From: Vicugna vicugna
Lineage: Eukaryota
Reading direction: 5' to 3'
DNA: 64,000 nt
Assembly (NCBI GenBank): GCA_013265495.1
Contig: MU058065.1
Coordinates: 6,758,302 to 6,822,301, forward strand
Shown here piece by piece: positions 51,894 to 62,430 of the stretch (its first letter is position 1; each line of letters starts with the position of its first letter). Under the pieces are notes generated by a model. It was not told the DNA's origin. It made no database searches and saw nothing but the letters and a program-made list of their open reading frames with translations. The translations under genes and the position numbers were made by a program.

Positions 51894-52566
51894 ATTGATC
51901 TTGCAACTACAACCCCTGGCCACCAGGATTATATTCTTTTTTCGCTCGTTTCATCTCAGGTGTTGTCAACATGGCTAGTGGTCTTGTGCTTTCAGAAGCC
52001 ATGGTGGGGTCAACTTTCCCTTCAGTGTAATTTCCCAGAGGCCGGAGATGAGATAAACAGAAAGCAAGCCACTTGTAGGTCTCCTAGTCTCTAGAAATAT
52101 AATCCATCTTTCTTCCCTTAGCTTTTCCTTACGTCAACAAGGTTTTATGGCACCCTAATTGCCAAGCTGTCTCCTAGGCACTTCGTACACAGTGATCAAA
52201 ACAGATAAGGATCACTGTCCCCGTGAAGCTTGTATTCTAGAGAGGAGAGAGACAATAAACAATAGCGTTTATAATAGATAAGTAGATTATACAGTAGGTT
52301 CAGAAGTGGTAAGTGTGGGAAGAGAAAAATGTTTACAATAAAGTGGGGTAAGGGACACCAACAATTCCAGGAGAGATGCAGCTGTAACTTGGTAGACAGG
52401 GTGGGCCTCAGTGAGAAGGTAGCATTTGAGCTAAATCTTGGAGGAGGTGAGGGATTTATGGGGGGGGGCATCTACAGAAGAGCATTCCGGAAGGAGTGAG
52501 TGATGGAGGCAATGCCCTAAGGCTGGAGCAGAGCTCTGGGGGACAAAGGAGGAAGTGATTAGAGGA

Positions 52567-52978
52567 TGCTATGGACTGAATTGTGTCTCTTCCCCCCATA
52601 TTATTATGTTGAAGTCCTAACCTCCAGTACATCAAAATGGGACCTTATTTGGAAATAGGGTCGTTGCAGATGTAATTAATTAAGATGAGGTCATCAGAGG
52701 GAGCCCTAATAAGAAGGGGGAAATTTGGACACAAACACATACATACAAGGAGAACATCATGTGAAGATGAAGGCAGAGACTGAGGTGATGTTTCCACAGC
52801 CAAGGAATGTCAGATTGCCAGCAAACCACCAGAAGCTAGGAGAGAGGCATGGAACAGATTCTCCCTCCAGCCCCAGAAGGAGCCAACCCTGCTGATACCC
52901 TGATCATGGCCTATCAGCCTCCAGAACTGTGAGAAAATACTTTTCTGTTGTTTAACTCCCCCCTCCCCCAGTTTGTGG
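52567..52978 (+). mobile_element. MLT1B/C-like MaLR solo LTR
   Basis: 'tgctatggactgaattgtgtc...gaccttatttggaaatagggtcgttgcagatgtaatt...gccagcaaaccaccagaagctaggagagaggcatggaacagattctccctc...cagcctccagaactgtgaga'. Confidence 0.9.
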
Positions 52979-53037
52979 CCCAGGGGCAGGAGGTGGAGGA
53001 GCAATAGAGAAGGCTTAAAGGCTATGTTAAAGACTCT

Positions 53038-53127
53038 CTTTTTCTTTCTTTTTTTGTTAAGGGAGGTACTGGAGATTGGGTGCATGCTAAGCACACATTC
53101 TTCTACTGAGTTATATCCCGCACTCCC
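53038..53127 (-). mobile_element. Internally deleted Vic-1-like SINE
   Basis: T-tract followed by 'ggaggtactggagattg|gtgcatgctaagcacacattcttctactgagttatatccc'. The B-box segment is missing compared with the other two copies. Both flanks carry aagact. Confidence 0.75.
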
Positions 53128-53369
53128 TAAAGACTTGTATCAAATTCACCTTTTTTTTTCATAATTAAGTAGGATATAACCCCCAGCACAAGTGTTATTC
53201 AACATTAGAAAACTATTAATATAATTCACATGCTAACATATCTAAGAAAAAAAGGTCATAGGCCTTTTTTTCATAGGCCTTTGACTAAATTCAATACCTA
53301 TTCCTGATTTAAAAAACAAAACTCAATAAAATAAAATAGGTAACAACTTAAAAAACAAGTCTTAACAAA

Positions 53370-53765
53370 ACTCCGGATTTTATTTGGATTTTGCTAGTTT
53401 TTCCATTATCTCCTCTTTCTGAATCAGGATCTGATCCAGGTTTCCCCAGGGCATTCAGTCAGCATGGCTCCTCAGTCTTCTTGGTCTGGGACACTTTTGC
53501 TGATTCTTTTCTTGTTTTTTATGACCCTCAATGTTGAGGAGTGCTGGCCACTGTTTAGTTGAGGAATACGCCCCAATCTGGGCTTGTCCAATGTTTTCCC
53601 ATGATCAGACAGGGTGATGGGTTTTGGAGAGAATACCACATCAGATGTATTACTCTTCACATTATTTCGGAGGTACGTGAGACCCATACAACATCCCTGG
53701 CGACATCAGCCTTCCTCATTTGGTGAAGGTAGTGTTTGCCACGTTTCTCCACTGTGAAGTTACTT
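53370..53765 (-). mobile_element. L1MC/MD-like 3' fragment
   Basis: 'atgaccctcaatgttgaggagtgctggcc', 'ccccaatctgggcttgtccaatgttttc', 'gtgtttgccacgtttctccactgtgaagttact'. Confidence 0.75.
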
Positions 53766-53780
53766 AAAATGCACTTAGAA

Positions 53781-54030
53781 GGAGGAGGCATAAATTGGGA
53801 GTTTGGGATTACCAGATACACACTACTGTATATGAAATAGATAAACAACAAAGTCCTGTGTAGCAAAAGGAACTATATTCAATATCTTGTGATAATCTAT
53901 AATGGAAAAGAATCTGGGAAATTATGTACATACATATATATGTATATATATAATTGAATCACTTTGCTCTACACCTGAAACTAACACAGCTTTGTAAATC
54001 AGCTATACTTCAATTAAAAAAACCTGAAAA
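53781..54030 (+). mobile_element. 5'-truncated artiodactyl-type L1 3' UTR
   Basis: 'ataaattgggagtttgggattaccagatacacactact...gaatcactttgctctacacctgaaactaacaca...tatacttcaattaaaaaaa'. Decayed TSD aaaatgcacttagaa (53766-53780) / aaaatacactcaaaa (54029-54043). A related antisense fragment lies at ~55205-55320. Confidence 0.85.
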
Positions 54031-54447
54031 AATACACTCAAAAATGAAAGCTGTAAAATTTATTTTTGGAGACATTGAGCGTGACATGATCTGACTTAAA
54101 ACATAAGCAGATCTCTCTGGCCATAGCGTGGAGGAGAAGGGGCAGCTGCAGGGAAGACCAGGAGGTCGCTTTGGCAGTTTAGGTGAGAAGGGGTGGCCAG
54201 GGCAACGGCAGTAGAGGAGATGAGAAAACAGGAGTTGAAATTTATTGTGGAAGAGCCAGCAGAATTTTCTGGTAGATTGAGTGTTGGGGGTTTAAGAAAT
54301 AAAGATGTGGCCAGGATGAGTCCACACATTCTGGTCTGAGCTGTTGGAAGGATAGATTTGCCATCACCTGAGCTCAGGTAAAAAGTCCAGTCTGCCACTG
54401 ATCTCCTCTCCCTTCCTTCACCCATCTAACAAATACTTATTTGGTGT

Positions 54448-54870
54448 CCCGGCTGACTGCATAATTTGCAGGAACCAGGGCAAAATGAAAACACAGGGCT
54501 CCTTGTTCCAAAACACAGGGGGAAAAAAAGCTTGTTTCTTTCTTCCATGGTGTTTCTCTTAATGGGACAGAGTGTTTTTATTTGCTATTTATTGATGCAC
54601 TCCCTAAGGCTGGGGGCATTTGTGGGGTGGGGGAGTGAGAGGCTGAGCCCCCCATCCCTGGGAGGCAACAAGAGGTGGGACTGCCCGTGAGCTGAGCTCC
54701 AAGTCCCTATGCACGTTCCATTGTCCCATCAGACTTCACTCATGAAACACAAATTCCAAGATAAGACGATTAAGAATCTCAAGGTGATGACCGCAGAGCA
54801 TTAGACCCCAAAGGCAGGGCTCTTCTGAGCACAGGGCCCTGTACGACTGCAGAGTCATACACCTGCTCCC
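54448..54870 (-). mobile_element. MER45-family hAT-Tip100 element
   Basis: Ends 'ccggctgactgcataatttgcaggaaccagggcaaaatgaaaa' and 'attaagaatctcaaggtgatgaccgcagagcatta...ctgagcacagggccctgtacgactgcagagtc' match MER45 termini as recalled. Confidence 0.75.
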
Positions 54871-55674
54871 TGTTTGGCATCTGCTAGTACATGTCACACA
54901 CTTTGCTGGGCACTAAGGATGCAAAATAGAGTTCTTTACAGAGGAGGGTAGGAAGGGATGCTTTTTTCATCACTCCTCCGTGTCAGAGTCTTGCCTATTC
55001 ACAGTCCAGTGGGAGAGAAAGAGTCCTAAACATGTGTGTAACCCAGCCTGAAAAGTACATCAGGGAACTGGGTGGTGGCACGGAGGCCCCGAGGGGGAGG
55101 AGACTGTAGATTTAAGGGTTGAGGAGTCCTGGACATCTGCTCTCAAACCTAGCTGGACAGGCAGATCTGAGTGAGGAGAGGGAAAAACGGCCATCACAGT
55201 GCTATTTATCTATTTATTAAATTTAAAAATTTTAAATTGAATTATAGTTGATTTATAGTGTGCTCACTTCTGGTGTACAGCTGAGTGATTCACTTACACA
55301 TATATTCATATATATATTCCTTACCTTTACTTCCACTCAGCGTTCTATTGTAGGAATCTTTCCAGAGCATTGATTGTAGTTATACATTGTGTTTACTAGA
55401 AACATAACATTCCATTGTACAGAACCCATTTGTATAAAAGTTGTTTGAAGGGCATTGAAATATAATCAAATTTTATTTATTTATTTCTGGTAAACTTTGT
55501 CCTCCCTCCTTCCATCCTCTCTCCCTTCCTACTTCTTTCCTTCCTTCCCTCCCTCACCTTCAGTGGGATTGCAGGGTCAGAGAATTTGTACTGTTTAGTG
55601 AGTTTGGTACATATTCCCCCAATTGCACTGTGGGGGTCGTGTCGTGTATAAATATGTCTTTATAAAGACAGCGA

Positions 55675-56030
55675 AAAGTCATCTGCCAGATACTGTGCTA
55701 AGCACTTCACATGTATTAACTCATCAATCCTCATAGCAATCCTATGAGCTGCCTCCTACTTTTATTCTCATTTTCCAGAGGAGAAAACCGAGTGAGTATC
55801 TGAACTTCCCGAGGGCACCCAACTGGCCAGGGGCGGAGCTGGGATTTGCACCGAGGTGGTTTGGCTTTAGAGCTCGTGATCTCATCCCATTTCATCATCA
55901 CATGGCTCCATGAGGCAAGTATCCCCATTTTGATAAGGATAAGCATATTCTGATACATGTTAAGAAACCTGCCCAAGGTCATAAACTGTTAAAGGAATGC
56001 CAATATTTGAATCATAGTCTGCCTGGCCCC
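55675..56030 (-). mobile_element. Two tandem MIR pieces
   Basis: 'tgccagatactgtgctaagcacttcacatgtattaactcatcaatcctcatagcaatcctatgag' and 'atccccattttgata...gttaagaaacctgcccaaggtcataaact'. Confidence 0.8.
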
Positions 56031-56296
56031 AAAGCAGGGGTTTCTGGGTCCCTTGTAAGGATGTCTGAGTTCATTCAGGACAGTGCTTCAGATGGGTTTT
56101 CATCTGCTCGTTTTCCCAGGTTCCTCTGTGGGTTCCACCAGAGCCTGGCAATCAGGTTGGGAAGTCTGCACCTGCCCAGGTCACACCCCTGCCAAGTCCT
56201 GTTGTTGTCCTGACTGTCACAGCCCCGACCTCAGGACACGCTGCCATTCCCTCCCCTCTCCTCTCATCCTAGATCACTGTTGGCTTCAGAATTCTC

Positions 56297-56620
56297 TGTA
56301 GGCCCAGTTTTGCTTATGTGTAACAGAAAACACCACTTGAACAGGTCTTAACAAGAAGACAATTTATTGGCTCTTGTAACTGAAAAGTACACAGAGAAGA
56401 TGACCTCTGGGCATGGTATGTTCAGGACACTGGCTCCATGTCTCTGTGATTCTCTTGGTTCTGCCTTCCTCCAAATGCTAGTTTTTGTCTTTGGACTGGT
56501 TGGCCATTTATGGCAGCAAAATGGCTTGCAGCAGCAACAAGACTACATACTTGCTTTTCCACAGTTATTAAACAGCCATCCTGAACTGGGCTCTGAGTGG
56601 GATCATCTCAGGTCACAAAC
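56297..56620 (-). mobile_element. Old MaLR LTR (MLT1K/L-like)
   Basis: 'gtaacagaaaacaccacttgaacaggtcttaacaagaagacaatttattggctcttgtaactgaaaagt'. Confidence 0.65.
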
Positions 56621-57908
56621 TTGTCACTATGGCAATGGAGACCATCACTGGGGGAGAAGAGTGAAACCTTCTCTTCCACCTCCCTTGCCTCTACTTTGCT
56701 CCCCAGGTCCAGGTAGATTTTTCTGCAGGGATGTGAAGAAATGCTGATGCTGGCATCAAAGCTGACAGAGGGATGAAATAGATATGATTATAGCCATATT
56801 GTGCATAGAAGCTGCCATTTCTAAAATAGAATGGCAAGAACAGACCTCCACATTTTGCCAGAGGACTGGCATTCGAGCTGCACATTTCATAACAATGTTT
56901 GTGGCACTGGATGTTCTGCACAGAATGGAAAAATGCTTTCCCCTTAGGAACATAGATTCGTCTAAGAGGGAGCTGTTATAAGTGGGAAAGGAGGTACAGA
57001 AGATATGTTGGGTGGGTGAACTTGCTGAAACATTTTCAAATGGGTAAAATTTTATTCCAAGCTCATCTGTATGTGCCTTTCCCCCTCCTTCAGTGAAATG
57101 CTCTTTCTTACCACGGAGGGAAAGATTCTTTTCAACTCTTGTCCTCCAGATCATCTTCCCACTGGAGACCTAAGCTACCATCATTGCCACTTCCATGCTC
57201 ATCCAGAAGGGGCTCCTTCTTTTTTACTCCTCAGGCTGGAGGGAGGATCAGACCCTCCCTTAATACCCGAGTGATTAGTTGAAATAAACTGGAATGCTGA
57301 ACCAACTTGACTGAGGGCTTAGGAAAAGCAGAAGGGAATTAAACACAAAGAGGGTCTTAGAGCTAGGTGTTAGATCCGGCCGCTCTTGCTTTGATCTTTC
57401 TCAATAGATCCCTTCCTTGCAAAGATTTCCGTGTCCAGTGGCTGCTGCCCCCTTGTGGCAAAGACTCTCTCAGCTTGCACTTGAGTGCACGTAGACTTTT
57501 GCAGTCCAGATCCCAGTCTATTTTCTCCTGTGTTCCCCATTTTCTGCCCAGGAGCTACCTTTTCCCTAGAAGATTAATAGGAGGAATGACTGTTCCCTAC
57601 AGGGACTACCCCATCTTCAAGTCCATTCTAGTCTAGGCATCAGAGCACCTGTAAAGGCAAAGCTTGGGTAGCCCCAGGGCAATTGCTTCCTTATACTTCC
57701 TGCTATTACTTATAAATAATAAGAGAATCCAGGAGGAGAGCATGACTTAGTTTAAAAAATATGCTTGCCAGTGGCAGAATGGTAGGCACAGTGCCAAGAT
57801 AAATTTGGCATTTACAGAAGGGGCAGAGTTTACACTTGCACAGATTAGCACTAACTCTAATCAGTAGAAGACAGTTTGGAAAGGACAGACAGACCAGCCT
57901 GGCTGTAT

Positions 57909-57920
57909 GGAAGTGAAACT
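57909..57920 (+). promoter_or_regulatory. ETS-IRF composite element (PU.1-IRF8 type) upstream of CXCR1
   Basis: GGAAGTGAAACT exactly fits GGAAnnGAAA. Confidence 0.5.
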
Positions 57921-58932
57921 TTCAGGCATATCTTCCTTATATAGACTCTATGACTGCAAGTGATGGACACTCTGAGTCACAGTGGGGATCCACGGTGCAG
58001 GAATCAAAGGAGATGTGTCTAACTTCAGTTATTTTACAACCATTGAGTGAGCACTTCCTCGATTCCCTGGAAGAGGCTCTGAAGATGAATCAGAGAGGGT
58101 CTCCAGCAGCCTACTGTCTAGTGGGGCAGGCTGCAGTTGTAAACACCTCATGACTGGACAATAGCCTTCATGTTGTCATGGAGAAGTGGTTACCAGAGGT
58201 AAAGCCAAGGGACAGACATCAGCTGCTGGAAGCAGCTAAGGCGGATTCCCAGAGATGTTATCCTTCATTACTGAGAGCAGGGAGAATGACATTACCTCTA
58301 CTCCTCCACTCACCAGCTGCCCCAGCTCCCGTGATCTCCCTGTTGTCCACCCAGCCTCCAAGAATGACCCCCAGCCTCATGACCATTCTAATCAAGAATG
58401 GTTCATTGGCAGTGGTTGTTCAAAGGAGCAGCTGGCAGTGGAGGGGGATTAGTTCTCCTGCCAAATCTCCACCAACATCTCCACCTCAAAGAAGCTTAGA
58501 GTTTCAGTAAAAATTGTGTGCTTGCTGTCCAAATACAGCTCAAGAGCAATCTCCATCTCCTTCCCACTGAGTTTCCCTCTAGTCCCTCCCAGTGGCAGAC
58601 TCCCACAAGGCCTTCCTACATGGGACTCCTTCTGAAGTCTCTACTGTACAAAGTCAAGTCCTTTCCCCTTTATTCATGTCAGGCAAGTTGGAAGCTTTCA
58701 AATGAAAATAAATGCAAGAAAAAGAAGAGAATAGAACTAGTCATCCACAGAGTGGAGAATTCAGATAATGGACCCTTAACTCCATCTTCATGCCTGGTTT
58801 CCCTGCTGGGACATATGGACCCTGGGAGTCTCTGATGCACTGTGACCATTCGCCTTAACCTATTCTCCAAATGTAGATGTGGGCAGGGCTCAGGGAGGTG
58901 TCGTGCTGTGGCGTGGCTTCCCTAGCTCACTT

Positions 58933-59020
58933 TATTCATCAAGTTCCCTTTCAGAGTGAAGTCACTCTGGTCTCTGAGCTCCAGGCTCTTGCAGTTGGAT
59001 GCACATGACTGGTGACTAAG
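58933..59020 (+). other. CXCR1: CXCR1 non-coding exon 1 (start approximate)
   Basis: 'tattcatcaagttccc...aagtcactctggtctctga...gttggatgcaca' resembles the human CXCR1 5' UTR as I recall it. Ends in the donor AAG|GTAGGA; the intron runs to an AG at 60438-60439. Confidence 0.7.
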
Positions 59021-60447
59021 GTAGGAAGCCACCTCTGTTTGCCAGAACTGTCACTGGGGTAGGGCGACTTGCTTTGACTCTATTCTAGAAAATGCATCCA
59101 TTTGTCTTGGACCTGTGATTTCTGCTCGGTTGGTTTCCTGCTGCCTCCCTTGTGATGGTATATTCAAACCTGACCTCATCTATGGCTGTAGTTGGTGACA
59201 AGGAGGCCACAGCCTTCTTACCTCCTCTCTTCATACCTCTCCTTTTTATGGGGAAGAGGATGACTTTCCCCAGTTGGATGTTTACTGCTTTGCTTTAAGA
59301 CTTTGTCTGCTGTGAAAATGCATTACTGGCAGGGATAATGAAATACATGGATCTGAATGAACTCATAGGACCTCAGGCCTGGAAGCAACTCAGGGGTTAT
59401 TTACTCCATTTTTTTCAATTTACAGATGAGAAAATGGAAATCTGTAGAGGGAAAAGGACCAGCTCAAGGTCACACAGCTTATTAATGATAGAATCAGGAT
59501 AGAATGAGGACTGGATACCAGCTACTCTTATTTTCAGTCTTGGTAACTTTCCTTAGGTTTTCAGATTGATCTCTGAAGAGCCTTGGGGGTTTTGGCAGAA
59601 CCTCTTAGCAGCTGTCTGTGTAGAGAGAGCAACCCTTCCTCCTTCCCCAGTAGATGAACTTTTATCTGTTTTACATATTGGGCTTCTAGTAGGATTTTGC
59701 TTCAACCAATGCTTCACCGTTTAAAAAGATATTTGAAGACAGCTGGATGAGTCTGTGGATGTTTAGGCGTGATTTCAGGGACCAGGATGGGAACTTCTCT
59801 CAAATGCTAACACTTCCTTTAGACAGAGGAACAAAACATTTATTGCTCCTCTCGATAGAAGGCTTAAAGTACGCTTGAATGCAACCCACTGCTGTCATTT
59901 CCTTCCCTCAGCAGATTTTAAGAAGGTCAAACAACAATCAGGAAGGACATAGGAGGGAAGATGACATAGAAAGAGATATCCGAGAGCAGATTTGCCTCCT
60001 TCCATTTTTCCTAATGCTGGCTTGCCCCGAATATGTAGGATCAACCTGGTCCTCCCATGTGAGTGCACAGACATGGCTGGGGATGCAGACGGTCAAAGAG
60101 AGCACAGAGGTAGTGTTTTAGGTAGAGTTGATGCCGTTATAGGGCTGACCAATAGCAGTTTTTTTCCCTGTAATCCATTTTTTTCCCTTTAATCCATTTT
60201 TTCCCCCTGTAGTTCATCTTTTCCCATACTCAGGGCAGACCTCAGAGTTACAGGAAGTTGACAGCATGGTGAAGCTGATCTCTAAAGAAGTTTGGGTTGC
60301 AGGTGAGGGAAGGGATCTTCGGTTGCCAAGGCAGCAGAGAAGCAAAAGATAACCCAGTAACTGTGCTCCCATCCATGATGAGAACGACTTGAATCTGAGT
60401 TATTAAACCATCTTTCTTTCCTTCTAATCTTTCAACTAGATCAAACC

Positions 60448-61521
60448 ATGACTATATTCGTGGCAGATTTTTCGAATTACACTGATTGGCTGTTTGATGA
60501 TGAGTTTGGAAATTTCACTGGCACGCCACCCACAGAAGAACATTATACTCCCTGTAAGATAGACACTGAGACACTCAACAAGTATGCCGTGGTTGTCATC
60601 TATGCCCTGGTCTTCCTGCTTAGCCTGCTGGGAAACTCCCTGGTGATGCTGGTCATCTTATACAGCCGGGTGGGCCGCTCTGTCACCGATGTCTACCTGC
60701 TGAACCTGGCCATGGCTGACCTGCTCTTCGCCCTGACCTTGCCGATCTGGGCTGCCTCCAAAGCAAAGGGCTGGATCTTTGGCACACCCTTGTGTAAGGC
60801 AGTCTCACTCCTGAAGGAAGTCAACTTCTACAGTGGTATTCTACTGCTGGCCTGCATCAGTGTGGACCGCTACCTGGCCATTGTCCATGCCACACGCACA
60901 CTGACTCAGAAGCGGCACTGGGTCAAGTTCATATGCTTAGGCATCTGGACCCTGTCCTTGATCCTGGCCCTGCCCGTCTTTCTCTTCCGTGAGGCCTATC
61001 GACCGCCCTATTCAAGCCCAGTCTGCTATGAAGACTTGGGTGCCAATACAACAAAATGGCGGATGGTGTTGCGGGTCCTGCCCCAGACCTTTGGCTTCCT
61101 CGTGCCCCTGCTGGTCATGCTGTTCTGCTACGGATTCACCCTGCGCACGCTGTTTGCGGCCCACATGGGGCAGAAACACCGGGCCATGCGGGTCATCTTT
61201 GCTGTGGTGCTCGTCTTCCTGCTCTGCTGGCTGCCCTACAACCTGGTCCTGATCGTAGACACCCTCATGAGGATGCGGGTGATCTCGGAGACCTGTGAGC
61301 GTCGCAATGACATAGGCCGGGCCCTGGATGCCACTGAGATCCTGGGCTTCCTCCACAGCTGCCTCAATCCTCTCATCTATGTCTTCATTGGCCAGAAGTT
61401 TCGCCACGGACTCCTCAGGATCATGGCCATTCATGGCCTGATCAGCAAAGAGTTCTCAGTCAAGGACAGCAGGCCTTCCTTTGTTGGCTCTTCTTCAGGG
61501 AACACTTCTACCACCCTCTAA
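60448..61521 (+). CDS. CXCR1: C-X-C chemokine (IL-8) receptor, CXCR1 locus, 357 aa
   Basis: Intact intronless ORF with seven hydrophobic segments and class A GPCR motifs (GN, LAMAD, DRY, CWLP, NPLIY). Four extracellular Cys and an acidic N-terminus with sequons N10 and N22. Kozak ACCATG. CXCR1 rather than CXCR2 is assigned from adjacency to ARPC2 and exon 1 similarity. Confidence 0.92.
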   Translation: MTIFVADFSNYTDWLFDDEFGNFTGTPPTEEHYTPCKIDTETLNKYAVVVIYALVFLLSLLGNSLVMLVILYSRVGRSVTDVYLLNLAMADLLFALTLPIWAASKAKGWIFGTPLCKAVSLLKEVNFYSGILLLACISVDRYLAIVHATRTLTQKRHWVKFICLGIWTLSLILALPVFLFREAYRPPYSSPVCYEDLGANTTKWRMVLRVLPQTFGFLVPLLVMLFCYGFTLRTLFAAHMGQKHRAMRVIFAVVLVFLLCWLPYNLVLIVDTLMRMRVISETCERRNDIGRALDATEILGFLHSCLNPLIYVFIGQKFRHGLLRIMAIHGLISKEFSVKDSRPSFVGSSSGNTSTTL

Positions 61522-61754
61522 GACCCCCGCACAGGGCTCTTCCCTTCCCTTCACCATCCATTCCAAGCCTCATATCCTCTGACTGTTCACAGTCTGCATT
61601 TCAAGGCAGCCTGCCATTCTGGTTACAGGGAGTTGCTGAGGCCACATCCTTACCAGGCCCCCATTCCATTAAAACATCATTAGTTGCTTCCCCAACTTTC
61701 TCTTTCCTTGCCTTCTAGCAAAGTCCCTTGAGAGAGGCTGAGAATGACAGACAC

Positions 61755-62225
61755 TCACTTTCTAAGACTCTCTTCAGCCAGGAGTGGCCATATCATCTGG
61801 TTCTGACTAATAAGACTTAAAGGTAGTAGTGTGCTGGTAAACCTTTCTTCTTGGGGGAAAAGCCCTGATTTGTAGTATTTGCCATGCTCTATGGCGTAAA
61901 TAAATGCTCCCACCATGGCCGATTTCAAGGGTGATAGTGTTTAGCAACTAGCTCAGGAAATTTAGAAAATGTAATAATCTGCTTTCACAAACAGGTACAA
62001 AGTGGCTTCTGTGCACCATTGCTTAAGAGGAAGTCTACTGGGGCCAAGGGACTCCTAAGAAATATTCCTGATTAAATACACACACACACATACACACACA
62101 CAAACACACTCTTGGTTCTTGTCTTTGAATATAGTTATAACATATGATGTGTGGAGCTGAGGCAGCCACTATTTTGACAATGAGGCAAAAAGTGTGCCTG
62201 ATGTTTTTAGGCTGATGGAGCCAAA
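61755..62225 (+). mobile_element. Old MaLR LTR (MLT1J/K-like) interrupted by MER63
   Basis: 'cagccaggagtggccatatcatctggttctgactaataagacttaa...gaagtctactgggg...tgatgtgtggagctgaggcagccact'. Confidence 0.65.
61824..62021. mobile_element. MER63 (hAT-Blackjack) element
   Basis: Ends tagtagtgtgctgg / ctgtgcaccattg. Internal 'gccctgatttgtagtatttgcc...ctcccaccatggccgatttcaag'. Decayed 8-bp TSD cttaaagg / cttaagag. Confidence 0.8.
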
Positions 62226-62244
62226 GGATAAAGAGAACCTGAGA

Positions 62245-62430
62245 ATAAAGAGTTCAGAAATAAACCTAAGCATAAATGGTTAAATGATTTTCAACAAGGA
62301 TGCCAAGACTATTCAATGGGGAAAAAATAGTCTTTCAACAAATTGTGATGGAAAAATTTGATATGCACAAGCACAAGAAGGAAATTGGATCCTTACCTTA
62401 CACCACATACAAAAATTAACTCAGAATGGG
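62245..62430 (+). mobile_element. L1 ORF2 3' fragment
   Basis: 'ttcaacaaggatgccaagactattcaatggggaaaaaatagtctttcaacaaattg...accttacaccacatacaaaaattaactc'; homologous to ~41670-41860. Confidence 0.9.

Larger units (their letters stand above)
52150..54380 (-). mobile_element. L2 fossil split by later insertions (MLT1C, SINE, L1 pieces)
   Basis: L2-like text at ~52150-52560 ('ccccgtgaagcttgtattctagagaggagagagacaataaacaa', 'ggcctcagtgagaaggtagcatttgagct') and ~54080-54380 ('gagcagaattttctggtagattgagtgttggggg', 'ggtctgagctgttggaaggatagatttgccatcacctgag'). Confidence 0.7.

Noticed and set aside
60989..61434. Overlapping ORFs 60989..61252, 61012..61434 and 61056..61298
   Set aside because: Alternate-frame or antisense shadows of the GC3-rich CXCR1 CDS, with no independent signals.
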